DNA of 64,000 nt from Verrucomicrobiota bacterium (GCA_033762115.1 JANRLX010000019.1:14375-78374); one strand, 5' to 3'; positions 41,392-50,202 are shown, counted from the first letter of the stretch. A program made the numbers and translations. Notes: generated by a model from the sequence alone, not told the origin.

Positions 41392-41601
41392 TCATCCCCC
41401 CGCCACGATCTTCACGATTTCCAGTTTATCTCCCGGCGAAAGCTCCCGTTCTGAGAATTCCGAGGGGGCCACTGCCTCGCCATTATGTTCCACCACCACG
41501 CTGCGGGGGAGAAGCTTTTGTCCAAGCAGAAATGTTTCAAGGCTGCACGGAAATTCCACAGCCACTCGCTGGCCATTGGCTACGATGAAACCGGAATTCA
41601 T
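41392..41601 (-). CDS. thiS: Sulfur carrier ThiS
   Basis: VVVEHNGEAV...GDKLEIVKIVAGG with C-terminal GG. Confidence 0.9.
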   Translation of the reverse strand: MNSGFIVANGQRVAVEFPCSLETFLLGQKLLPRSVVVEHNGEAVAPSEFSERELSPGDKLEIVKIVAGG

Positions 41602-41603
41602 CT

Positions 41604-42872
41604 TCAACGTTTGAAATGCCTGTCCGCAAAGGCGAGATACTGCTCCCAATCATACTCCGTCACGTCATGCTTGCCGCTGCGGTTGTGATATCCCATCCGC
41701 CTTTGGACCGATTGATTCACCGCTGGCATTTCCGTGATTCCCAACCCATCCGTTCCCAGCAGTTTATAGGCAGGTTCCGCGTGCAACAGGCCGAGAAATT
41801 CCCCTTTTGGATCCGCCCAAAGGTCCTCCGCTGCGCTCGCCACATACACAGGCCGTGGTGCAATCAGCGCAATCAACTGATGCTGGTCAATCGGCAACTC
41901 CGCTTCACGGTCATTGTATTTTTTGAAATTTTCGCAAAACCAATGCGGAAATGAGCTGTTGATTCGCCGAACAGTCTCCCCGAAATTCCTTCGGTTCAAC
42001 GCCGCTCCTCCGCAGCCGGACTCATTCGAAATCGTCATCGCAAAGCGGCTGTCCTGGGCGCCTGCCCAAAGCGCCGTTTTCCCCAGCCGCGAGTGGCCGA
42101 ACACCGCCACCCGTTTCGCATCAATCAGTTTGTCCGTTTCCAGGTAATCGAGCGCCCGACTCAACCCCCAGGCCCATGCGCTGATCGCTCCCCACCGCTC
42201 ACCTTGCGACGGCTCAAAAACTCCCTCCTCGAATTCCAGTTGAGCCCCGCGGACTCCCTGCTTCCAGCCGTCCGCCATGTCCGGCTCGATATCGCCGTAA
42301 AAAATCGTTGCGAGTGCGTAACCCCGTTCAATGATCCGTTCCACATTCCATTGCTGCTGCTGCGCTCCCCGTTCAAAATCTTTGCTCATTTTCACCGGCA
42401 CCGCATTACTCTGGATGGTGATCCCTGGGTCGGGATGAATCGTATGATTCCCTCTGAAGCTCATCCCGAGAAAGGCAGGCACCGCTCCCGTCGCGTTTTT
42501 CGGAGAATGAATCAGCAGGTGCATCTCAGGTGCTCTGGGATTTTTCCCGAACCGGATCGTCACCTCCTGCCGAATCGCTTTTCCTCCCAGCGCATCCTCC
42601 TCCCGTTTGGTCACAATTGCTGTTGTCCCGACCACCCGCCCTGGCGATCTCCCATAAACCTCGCTGCGGAACAGCTCCAGCAATTCCGGCCTCCGTTTTT
42701 CCATCCACATCTCCGGTGAACTCACCTCTGTCCCGTTCTGCATTTTTAACAGCGCGGGCAGCGCGTACGGGTTCACCTTCGCCTCATCATGATTAAATTG
42801 CTCCGGCTGGGCTTCCGCATCCATACACATAAGAGCAACAAAAAAAGCGAAAATCGTTCCTGTCAGCTTCAT
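41604..42872 (-). CDS. Secreted CE15-type (glucuronoyl/acetyl-xylan) esterase
   Basis: Signal peptide; AWAWG, GHSRLGK, SNESGCGGA, DQHQLIALIAPRP, WADPKGE. Confidence 0.85.
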   Translation of the reverse strand: MKLTGTIFAFFVALMCMDAEAQPEQFNHDEAKVNPYALPALLKMQNGTEVSSPEMWMEKRRPELLELFRSEVYGRSPGRVVGTTAIVTKREEDALGGKAIRQEVTIRFGKNPRAPEMHLLIHSPKNATGAVPAFLGMSFRGNHTIHPDPGITIQSNAVPVKMSKDFERGAQQQQWNVERIIERGYALATIFYGDIEPDMADGWKQGVRGAQLEFEEGVFEPSQGERWGAISAWAWGLSRALDYLETDKLIDAKRVAVFGHSRLGKTALWAGAQDSRFAMTISNESGCGGAALNRRNFGETVRRINSSFPHWFCENFKKYNDREAELPIDQHQLIALIAPRPVYVASAAEDLWADPKGEFLGLLHAEPAYKLLGTDGLGITEMPAVNQSVQRRMGYHNRSGKHDVTEYDWEQYLAFADRHFKR

Positions 42873-42934
42873 TTTGAATTCAGGCGTAACGGTGTGTTGT
42901 CAAAATGCCTCCCGGGCAATTCACACCACTTCAC

Positions 42935-44275
42935 TCACGCCATGCTCTCGTAATCGTAAGGCTTCCGCATCTCACGTGCGACATGTCCCTGCGCTTCCGC
43001 ATCCCCTTCAAACTGTTCCTTCTCAGGATTCCACTGCAACTTCCGGCCAAGCCGCATCGCAATCACCCCCAGGTGGCAGACACTCACGGAACGATGCCCG
43101 ATCTCCGCTTCGCAAATCGGTTGCTTCCGTGATTTCACACACTCCATGAAATTTTTCATGTGATCATCGCTCGTGTAAAGCTTCGTTGCATCACTTCCCA
43201 GCGGCGTCGAAAGCAGTTCCGGCTTGCTTGCCTCGATCTTTCCACGCGTCACAAAAATCCATCCCTCCGGCCCGATAAATCGCACTCCATGCCCGAATTT
43301 CCCCTGCTCAACCGGGGTGGCCAGTGATCCATCCGGACGATTATTCGCCACGCTCCGGCAAATCTGTTTCACCCCGTTGGCATACGTGTAAACCACTTCA
43401 TACTCACTTGATGCAGTGAAACCGCCGGGAATCATCTCCACCAGCGGGCGACCCTCCACTGTGATCGGTCCGCTTCGTTCCAGCCCCATTCCCCACAAGG
43501 CAATATCATTATGGTGCGCGCCCCAATCCGTCATCGTCCCCCCGGAATACTCCCACCAATATCGAAAACTGCTGTGGCATTTCTCACGCACATACTCTGT
43601 TTTCGCCGTTTGCCCCTGCCAGAATTCCCAATCAAGCTGCGGTGGCACCGGCGCGGCATTGAATGGACCACGGCGCGGTCCCGCAGGCAGGTAACTCTCC
43701 ACCTCCGTTAATTTCCCCAGCCGCCCGTTCCTCACCAGTTCACACGCCAGCCGAAATCGTGCGTCGCTCCGTTGCTGGCTTCCCGTTTGCAAAATTCTTC
43801 CCGTCTTTCTCGCCGCTGCCACCACCCGGCGCCCCTCATCAATCGTCAATGTCAGCGGCTTCTCGCTGTACACATCCTTGCCCCGGTTCATCGCCGCGAG
43901 ATTGATCAGCGTATGCCAATGATCCGGCGTTCCATTGACGATCACATCCACCTCCTTGGAATCCACCACCTTCCGGAAATCCTTGAACACTTTCGCGCCC
44001 GCAAACATCTCCAGCGCCTTCGCAGCATTGGATTCATCCACATCACACACCGCCACGACTTTCCCGAAATTGGATGCCCATTTTGCCACACCTCGCCCCT
44101 GCCCCCCGCACCCGATCAGTGCGATCCGTACATCCTTGCCCCCATTCTCCGCCGCCTGCAGAGGGTTCGATTCCAGATACCACGCCGGCAACCCGCTCAA
44201 GGCTGCGGCCGAGGTAATTGCTTTGAGAAAATGACGGCGCTTCACGCCACCCTTGTTAAAATGCGAAAGGTTCAT
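42935..44275 (-). CDS. Tat-exported Gfo/Idh/MocA oxidoreductase
   Basis: KRRHFLK Tat motif; IGCGGQG, TPDHWH, EKPL, DWGAH. Confidence 0.9.
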   Translation of the reverse strand: MNLSHFNKGGVKRRHFLKAITSAAALSGLPAWYLESNPLQAAENGGKDVRIALIGCGGQGRGVAKWASNFGKVVAVCDVDESNAAKALEMFAGAKVFKDFRKVVDSKEVDVIVNGTPDHWHTLINLAAMNRGKDVYSEKPLTLTIDEGRRVVAAARKTGRILQTGSQQRSDARFRLACELVRNGRLGKLTEVESYLPAGPRRGPFNAAPVPPQLDWEFWQGQTAKTEYVREKCHSSFRYWWEYSGGTMTDWGAHHNDIALWGMGLERSGPITVEGRPLVEMIPGGFTASSEYEVVYTYANGVKQICRSVANNRPDGSLATPVEQGKFGHGVRFIGPEGWIFVTRGKIEASKPELLSTPLGSDATKLYTSDDHMKNFMECVKSRKQPICEAEIGHRSVSVCHLGVIAMRLGRKLQWNPEKEQFEGDAEAQGHVAREMRKPYDYESMA

Positions 44276-44362
44276 GGCAATACGTTCCTTGGGATTCCCC
44301 TAACCGTTGCCAAACCCTCAACAAAAACGCAAGCCCGATCAATGCCCCTCCCACATTTTCAC

Positions 44363-45064
44363 TTACCGCCTGAGCCGTCGCTTCAATTCAAATGCCGGGT
44401 AGATCAGCGTCACTTCACTTCGATCCACTTCAATCGGGCTGTAGGCCGGATTTTCACTCACCAGTTTGATCCGCGACCCCTCCGGCCCGGTCCGGTAAAA
44501 ATATTTAAAAAATACCCGTCCATCCGTCATCTTCACCAGCACAGGATCACTGTTGCGCGGTTCCTGGTTCGGGGTGAATACAATCCGGTCACCCGCATTG
44601 AACTTCGGCTCCATGCTGTCCCCTTCAATAATGATTGCAAAGGCATTCGGATCTTTCGTCTCCGTCGTCACCACTTCATCCAGTTGATTGCACAAATCCT
44701 CATAATCCTTCGCCGCCCCCGCCGTCGCCCAGCTCACCACCGGCACCTGCCTTGCCATCGGCCCCGCAGGTCGAAACCCTCCAGAGATGAAACCTGGATC
44801 ACTCATTGTAAACGGACGCCGCCCTGCTGTTTCCTGCGCCGCCTTGCGAATGAATTCCTCGATATTTTTTTGTAGTCTCGGTGATGGAATTTTTACTCCA
44901 GTCTCGATTAGCACCAAATATGTCCGGTGGATGTCCAACATCTTCGCCAGTTCCAACTGCGTTAACCTCAATGCCTTACGTGCCCTTCTCAAAGGTGTGG
45001 CATCATATTTGTACTCTGGCTCACCAAAATCTACTTTTTCTGTTGACGTATTCGGCGTTTCCAT
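44363..45064 (-). CDS. cI/LexA-like repressor (XRE HTH plus S24 autopeptidase)
   Basis: LTQLELAKMLDIHRTYLVLIETG HTH; VPVVSWATAG cleavage region; GDSMEP Ser and FFK Lys. Confidence 0.9.
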   Translation of the reverse strand: METPNTSTEKVDFGEPEYKYDATPLRRARKALRLTQLELAKMLDIHRTYLVLIETGVKIPSPRLQKNIEEFIRKAAQETAGRRPFTMSDPGFISGGFRPAGPMARQVPVVSWATAGAAKDYEDLCNQLDEVVTTETKDPNAFAIIIEGDSMEPKFNAGDRIVFTPNQEPRNSDPVLVKMTDGRVFFKYFYRTGPEGSRIKLVSENPAYSPIEVDRSEVTLIYPAFELKRRLRR

Positions 45065-45325
45065 ATTTAATTGTCTCCTGAATGGTTAATGCTGCAATCG
45101 TAAATACTAAACAAAGATGAAGATATATAATAACCTCGCATGTAGAAGTCAATCACACTTTCATAGTGTGCATTCAATCGTCAACATCCCTCCTGCTGCC
45201 TCAAATGTGTCACCGCAACCAATGATATAAACTCCAACCGGGCGCGTTCGAGGTATGCGCCCTGAGGCTGTTTCCGGCTTCAGGGCATATCCCTCCCAAA
45301 GGTTCCCCTTCGCTCCCTTCATACC

Positions 45326-46606
45326 ATGAATCGATTCTCATTCCTCTCTCCCGACCGTATTCGTCGCGCCCTTCGCTGGCGTTTCAATGTCATCGAACGC
45401 ATGTCCCCGGAACTCCTCACCCAGCAGTTGGACGCTTTCGAAGCAGGCCATCTCCGCGAAGCAGTCAACACCTGGGAACAAATCGAAATGCGGGATGACC
45501 TCCTCAAGGCTGTCATCACCAAGCGCAAAAAAGCCATCGCCCGCCACGGCTGGGTGATCCTGCCTTACCCAGGGCTGAACGAAAACGACCGCGCCGAATC
45601 CGAGCGTCATGCCGCTGCTCTCGAATTCTTCTACACTCACCTCGAATGCTCCCACGCTGTTGATGGCAACGAACGGGGCGGCATCCAGCTGCTCCTCCGC
45701 CAGATGATGGATGCCATCGGCAAACGCTACGCCGTCCATGAAATCGTCTGGAAACTCGGCCCTTCTCGGTCGGACACACTGCTTCCACGGCAGCTCACCG
45801 CTGAGTTCCGTTTCGTCCCCTTGACCTTCTTTGAAAAAACCACCGGCCAGTTGCGTTTCTTGGAATCGGAAAATGCCTTTGAAGGCCTCCCTCTCGAACC
45901 CGGCTCATGGATGGTCACCACAGGTGAAGGCTTGATGATGGCCAGTTCGGTCGCCTGGATGTTCAAACATCTTTCCGTCAATGACTGGAGCTTGTACTCC
46001 CAGCGAAACGGAATCCCCGGTGTTCGCGGCATCTCCAGCGCCGTTCGTGACAGCGCCGAGTGGAACGCCCTCGGCGCAGCCGTCGAGGAACTCATCGGCG
46101 GCGGCTCCGTCGTCACCAGTGTTGAAGAAGATGTCAAAGTCCTCGACTTCGCCGTCGGCGGCAACATCCCCTTTCCAGCCCTCGTCGAACGCATGGACCG
46201 CATGATGGCTGCCCTCTGGCGTGGCGCCGATTTGAGCACCATCAGCCGTGATCGCGGTTACGGCGCAAGCCTCCAGGAAAAGGAAAGCTGCATCCTCGAG
46301 GAAGATGACGCCGCCCTGCTCAATGAAACTCTCCATCGCCAGGTAGACCACTGGGTCATCCGCTATCTCTTTGGAGATCATGTCAAACCCCTAGCTCGCA
46401 TCCGCGTTCTCGTGTCGCCCCGCGAATGCACCGCCGATGATTTGAAAATCGACGAATTCCTCATTCGCCACGGCGTCCCCTTGCCACTCCTCGCCACAGC
46501 CGAACGTTACGGTCGCCGCGTCGCCGTCGAAGGTGAAATCACCTTGAAAACAGAAACTGCAAAACCGGAAAACCTTCCTTCCGCCCAAATCCCAACCCAA
46601 CCTTGA
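45326..46606 (+). CDS. Mu gp29-like portal protein (DUF935-like)
   Basis: 426 aa; E.RD..L..V..KRK.A, MMDAIG..YAV.EI.W, W..Y....GIP pattern typical of Mu-like portals; first gene of the head operon. Confidence 0.75.
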   Translation: MNRFSFLSPDRIRRALRWRFNVIERMSPELLTQQLDAFEAGHLREAVNTWEQIEMRDDLLKAVITKRKKAIARHGWVILPYPGLNENDRAESERHAAALEFFYTHLECSHAVDGNERGGIQLLLRQMMDAIGKRYAVHEIVWKLGPSRSDTLLPRQLTAEFRFVPLTFFEKTTGQLRFLESENAFEGLPLEPGSWMVTTGEGLMMASSVAWMFKHLSVNDWSLYSQRNGIPGVRGISSAVRDSAEWNALGAAVEELIGGGSVVTSVEEDVKVLDFAVGGNIPFPALVERMDRMMAALWRGADLSTISRDRGYGASLQEKESCILEEDDAALLNETLHRQVDHWVIRYLFGDHVKPLARIRVLVSPRECTADDLKIDEFLIRHGVPLPLLATAERYGRRVAVEGEITLKTETAKPENLPSAQIPTQP

Positions 46607-46614
46607 TCACTCAC

Positions 46615-47400
46615 ATGAACCTTTCCAACTCCTCCTTTGACCTCCTCCAGTCTGACTGGTTGCAACTCAGTCCCTATGGCGATTTCCCCCATGCCCTGGG
46701 CCTGCAACGCATCACCCAACCCGCCATGGAACAGCTCGTCGCCCGCTTCGATGCCCTGCTCAGTCGCCTCGCCCGCCGTTTCTCCGGCGCTCCCATTTAC
46801 ATTGGGCATCCTGATTTACCCGCCCTCGCCGGTAACTATCCAGACCGCAGGGCCTACGGCTGGATCATGAAATTGCAGGCCCGCGCTGATGGCCTCTACG
46901 GCCAGGTCAAATGGAGTGACCCAGGCGCACAACTCCTCCGCAACGGCCATTACAAATTTGTTTCCCCCTGCTGGGAAGCAGAAGAAATTGCCCGGGAGAA
47001 CGGCAAACCGGTGTATCGGCCAGTCTCACTCATTTCAGTGGGCTTGACCAATGCACCGAATCTCCCGGTGCTCCCTCTCAGCAACGAACAATCCCCCGCC
47101 CCCGATTCCCATTCACGCCGTGCCCTCATCGAGAATGCCACCCGGGAAGGCAGGCTCACTCCTGCCCAGGAACTCCTCGCCCTGCAAAACACCGCCGCGC
47201 CTCTCTCCCTGCCACCGCTCCCGGTCATCAACCTCCAGTCCCGCACCCGTCAACTCGGCGCGCGCTACTGCCAGCAGCTCAATCGCCTGGGCCGCCATGC
47301 CCGCATACAGGAACTCATTCACCAGCGCATGCAGTCAGGCTCCAGTTATGATCAGGCCTGGCAATCCCTTAAAACCACCCACCCCGAACTTTTTCGCTGA
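46615..47400 (+). CDS. Mu-like prohead protease (gp32/I-like) with short C-terminal extension
   Basis: IYIGH, AYGWI..L..R.DGLYG.V.W, YKFVSP, L.SVGLTN.PN motifs. Confidence 0.82.
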   Translation: MNLSNSSFDLLQSDWLQLSPYGDFPHALGLQRITQPAMEQLVARFDALLSRLARRFSGAPIYIGHPDLPALAGNYPDRRAYGWIMKLQARADGLYGQVKWSDPGAQLLRNGHYKFVSPCWEAEEIARENGKPVYRPVSLISVGLTNAPNLPVLPLSNEQSPAPDSHSRRALIENATREGRLTPAQELLALQNTAAPLSLPPLPVINLQSRTRQLGARYCQQLNRLGRHARIQELIHQRMQSGSSYDQAWQSLKTTHPELFR

Positions 47401-47477
47401 CCCGCCACCTCCTTTCCCGCCACACGCGTGGCGGGAGTTCCAACAAACAAAACAAAAACATAAATAAAATAAAAACT

Positions 47478-47978
47478 ATGATTAAAATAAATCGCGCATT
47501 CGCTGCGCTCCTTGCCTCCGCCCGTGACCGCTGGCTCCTCAAGCTCAAGCTTCGCCGTAAGCGCCACATCGTTCGCCTCGCCAACATTGCCGAAGGCACA
47601 CACGATGGGAACATCACCAAAGCCGTGGACGCCATCATCACCGAGCGCCACCTCCTCGCGAAAATCGGCAGCGCCTCTGACCGCATCGCCGTCTGCGGCT
47701 CCGCTGACACTCCCATCGGCGTCATCACTGATGAAGCCCCCGCCATTGGCGATTGGGTCAACCTCGCCCTCCTCGGCAGTTCCCGCAGCACCCTTCGCAT
47801 GGTCGCCGCTGCTGCCATCACCCAGGGTGCCCTGCTCGAACCCGCTGCCAGCGGTCGTGTCCAAACCCTCGGCGCCGGTGCCGGGACCCATCACGTCGTC
47901 GGGCGCGCGCTCGATTCTGCAACCGCAGCCGGAGAGGTCATCGAAGTCGATCCTCTCTATTTCCTCCGTGTCATCTGA
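47478..47978 (+). CDS. Capsid cement/decoration-like protein (DUF2190-like) with basic N-terminal extension
   Basis: A..AI..GALL...A.G.V, VVGRALDSATAAGEVIEV pattern; located between protease and MCP. Confidence 0.65.
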   Translation: MIKINRAFAALLASARDRWLLKLKLRRKRHIVRLANIAEGTHDGNITKAVDAIITERHLLAKIGSASDRIAVCGSADTPIGVITDEAPAIGDWVNLALLGSSRSTLRMVAAAAITQGALLEPAASGRVQTLGAGAGTHHVVGRALDSATAAGEVIEVDPLYFLRVI

Positions 47979-48022
47979 TAACCAGCAAACTCAAACCTAT
48001 CCTTCCTATTAATAATATTATT

Positions 48023-49027
48023 ATGAACATCTCCCTACAATCCGTTTCACAACTGGCCGGGATCACCCTCGCCAATGACCGATCACCTCTCGATAACGGC
48101 CTTCAATTGCCGGGGCAGGTCTGCCTCGCCAATGAATCCCGTTTCATGAGCAGCTACTTCTCAGACCCGCTCACCGCCTACGCCACCGGCTGGCGCGACC
48201 CCAACGGCATCGAGGCCACCCTCGATTTCATCGCCCCTCCCGTCCAGGTTGGCCGCAGGTTCGAATACAAAAAATCCGAACACACCGAGGCTTTCCTCTC
48301 CGATGGTGACGATGGACGCCAGATCGGTGCCGACTTCAAACATATCGAATTCCGCGGCTCCACCGTGAATGAGAAAACCAACAACCGCGGACTGACCATT
48401 CGTGTGGACCTCGACCAGGTCGGCAACATGCCGAACTGGCGCGAGGTTTACACCAGTCGTTTGCTCCAGCGCCTCCTCCGCAACGAACTCCGCCGCGCGG
48501 TCAACACCATCTCCGCTGCCGCCTCCTCCACCGCCAAAACCTGGGACACCACAGCGGGCAAGGACCCGGACAACGACATCCTTGCTGACCTCCTCGCCGC
48601 CGCGGATGACAGCGGCCTTCGACCCAATCGCATCCTCTTCGGCGACCTCGCCTGGCACAAACGCATCATGTCCCATCGCGCCCAGGCCACTGCCGGTGGC
48701 TACGCCTCTGCCGCCCTCACCCCTGTCGAACTCGCAGGGTTCCTCGGCGTTGATGGCGTCATGATCTCCCGCGAACGTTACCAGGCCGGCCCCGCCACAA
48801 AGGGCAAAATCGTCCCTGACATCGTTCTCGGCTTCTACGGCGAGGATGGCTTGACCCCGGAAGATCCCAGCAACTGCAAACGCTTCTGGAGCGCCGTCGA
48901 GGGTGGCGGCAAATACCGCGTCTATGAACAACCCATCAGCGCCAAACTCATCGACCTCACCGTCGAGCATTACAGCAACGTCATCATCACCTCCACCATC
49001 GGCCTCCGCAAGCTGACCATCACCTGA
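48023..49027 (+). CDS. Major capsid protein (HK97-fold, predicted)
   Basis: 334 aa after protease/cement; F.APPV.V..RF.YK, W.....DP..DI, G.RPN.ILFG..AW pattern seen in lambda E/Mu T-like MCPs. Confidence 0.7.
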   Translation: MNISLQSVSQLAGITLANDRSPLDNGLQLPGQVCLANESRFMSSYFSDPLTAYATGWRDPNGIEATLDFIAPPVQVGRRFEYKKSEHTEAFLSDGDDGRQIGADFKHIEFRGSTVNEKTNNRGLTIRVDLDQVGNMPNWREVYTSRLLQRLLRNELRRAVNTISAAASSTAKTWDTTAGKDPDNDILADLLAAADDSGLRPNRILFGDLAWHKRIMSHRAQATAGGYASAALTPVELAGFLGVDGVMISRERYQAGPATKGKIVPDIVLGFYGEDGLTPEDPSNCKRFWSAVEGGGKYRVYEQPISAKLIDLTVEHYSNVIITSTIGLRKLTIT

Positions 49028-49085
49028 TCAACCCATCATCACCGGGCCGGGGGGCTTCCTGTTCCCCGGCCCATTTATAAAATTT

Positions 49086-49898
49086 ATGAACCTGCTCACC
49101 TCTCTTAATTATATCCCTGTCAAACGCTACCAGCCGGAAACACTCGATTATAAAAATCGCATCCTTGCCAATGGTGGTGCCATCTCCTCGCGCTCCCTCG
49201 ATGCCATTGAAAAATTCATCCAGGATTGCAAGGAGGATTCCATCTGGAACCTCCTCATCGAAGTCGCCCCCTTCGCCGGGGACAACCTCAACGCTGCCCT
49301 TGTCAAACTCCGTCACGCAGGCGCCTCCACCCTCCTCAACTTCAACTTCGTTTCCGGCGATTACATCGAACGCGGCCCCACTGCCGGCCTCCTCGGCGAC
49401 GGTGCCACCAAATACCTCAGCAGCGGTTTCAGCGCCCAGTCACTTCCCGATAATTCACACCTCTCCTTCTACCTTCGGGACGACCTCCTCGCCACCGGCA
49501 ATCGGGCCATGGCAGGCGCTCTGGCCGGGTCTGATCAATACTGGCTCGGCTCCCTCACACCTGCCTCCAGTGTCGATGTCCGCCTCGGGCAGTCACTCAC
49601 CGCCAACGCCTCACAACCGCTCACCAAAGGTTTCTACATCGGCAATCGCGCCGCCAGCAACAACCTCCGCCTCCATCGCAATGCCGCTCTCATCGGCACA
49701 AACCTCAACCTCGTCACTCACACCAAACCTGCACAGAATATTTCTCTCTGGGCCTTTAATTCCAACGGCACACCCGCCGCCTTTCTCCCCGCTCGCGGCT
49801 CCTTCTTCAGCATCGGGTATGCACTGACTGACTCACAAGCGGCCCTTCTCCACGCCGCTGTTCAAACCCTCCAAACCAACCTCGAACGCCCTGTCTGA
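49086..49898 (+). CDS. Hypothetical phage-type protein, probable beta-sandwich (head fibre/lectin-like)
   Basis: 270-aa ORF; GLLGDGATKYL, HLSFY, FFSIG..LT....L...V..LQ pattern reminiscent of phage ConA/LamG-like proteins. Confidence 0.55.
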   Translation: MNLLTSLNYIPVKRYQPETLDYKNRILANGGAISSRSLDAIEKFIQDCKEDSIWNLLIEVAPFAGDNLNAALVKLRHAGASTLLNFNFVSGDYIERGPTAGLLGDGATKYLSSGFSAQSLPDNSHLSFYLRDDLLATGNRAMAGALAGSDQYWLGSLTPASSVDVRLGQSLTANASQPLTKGFYIGNRAASNNLRLHRNAALIGTNLNLVTHTKPAQNISLWAFNSNGTPAAFLPARGSFFSIGYALTDSQAALLHAAVQTLQTNLERPV

Positions 49899-49906
49899 AC
49901 ATTCTT

Positions 49907-50146
49907 ATGAACATGTTTCTCCTTGCCCTCGAACAACTCCCCGCATTGCAGGCCCTCAACCAATCCGGCCCTCCCACCCATCAACTCCAGCCCCTTCCCC
50001 TGGCTGATGGCCGCTTCGCTCTCAACCCGGACCTCCTCACCGATTGCGCCCCCGGACAAACCTGGGCCCATTACCAAAACCTCCTCCAAACACTCCCCAT
50101 CGAGCAAATTCCAACCCAGCTCATCCCCCTCACTCAAATCGAGTAG
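49907..50146 (+). CDS. Small hypothetical protein of the head operon
   Basis: 79-aa ORF 8 nt after the previous gene; L.P..LADGRF.L..D.L. Confidence 0.6.
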   Translation: MNMFLLALEQLPALQALNQSGPPTHQLQPLPLADGRFALNPDLLTDCAPGQTWAHYQNLLQTLPIEQIPTQLIPLTQIE

Positions 50147-50176
50147 ATCCATGAAATAGCAGTAACCCGTCACCCA

Positions 50177-50202
50177 CCCGCCAACGCCCCCGCGTTGGCG
50201 GG
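50177..50202 (+). terminator. GC-rich hairpin at the end of the head operon
   Basis: CCCGCCAACGC-CCCC-GCGTTGGCGGG perfect 11-bp stem; no U-tract. Confidence 0.5.

Larger units (their letters stand above)
44363..50202. other. Head-only Mu-like phage-derived gene module (repressor, portal, protease, cement, MCP, 2 ORFs)
   Basis: Contiguous intact ORFs bounded by host genes; no terminase, tail or integrase visible. Confidence 0.75.

Noticed and set aside
44363..45064. Repressor as the host LexA
   Set aside because: The N-terminus is an XRE/cI-type HTH, not a LexA winged helix, and I saw no TGTTC-N4-GAACA box in its upstream region.
48023..49027. Classical encapsulin locus
   Set aside because: A portal, prohead protease and cement-like gene are present, and there is no recognisable cargo enzyme, which does not fit known encapsulin operons.
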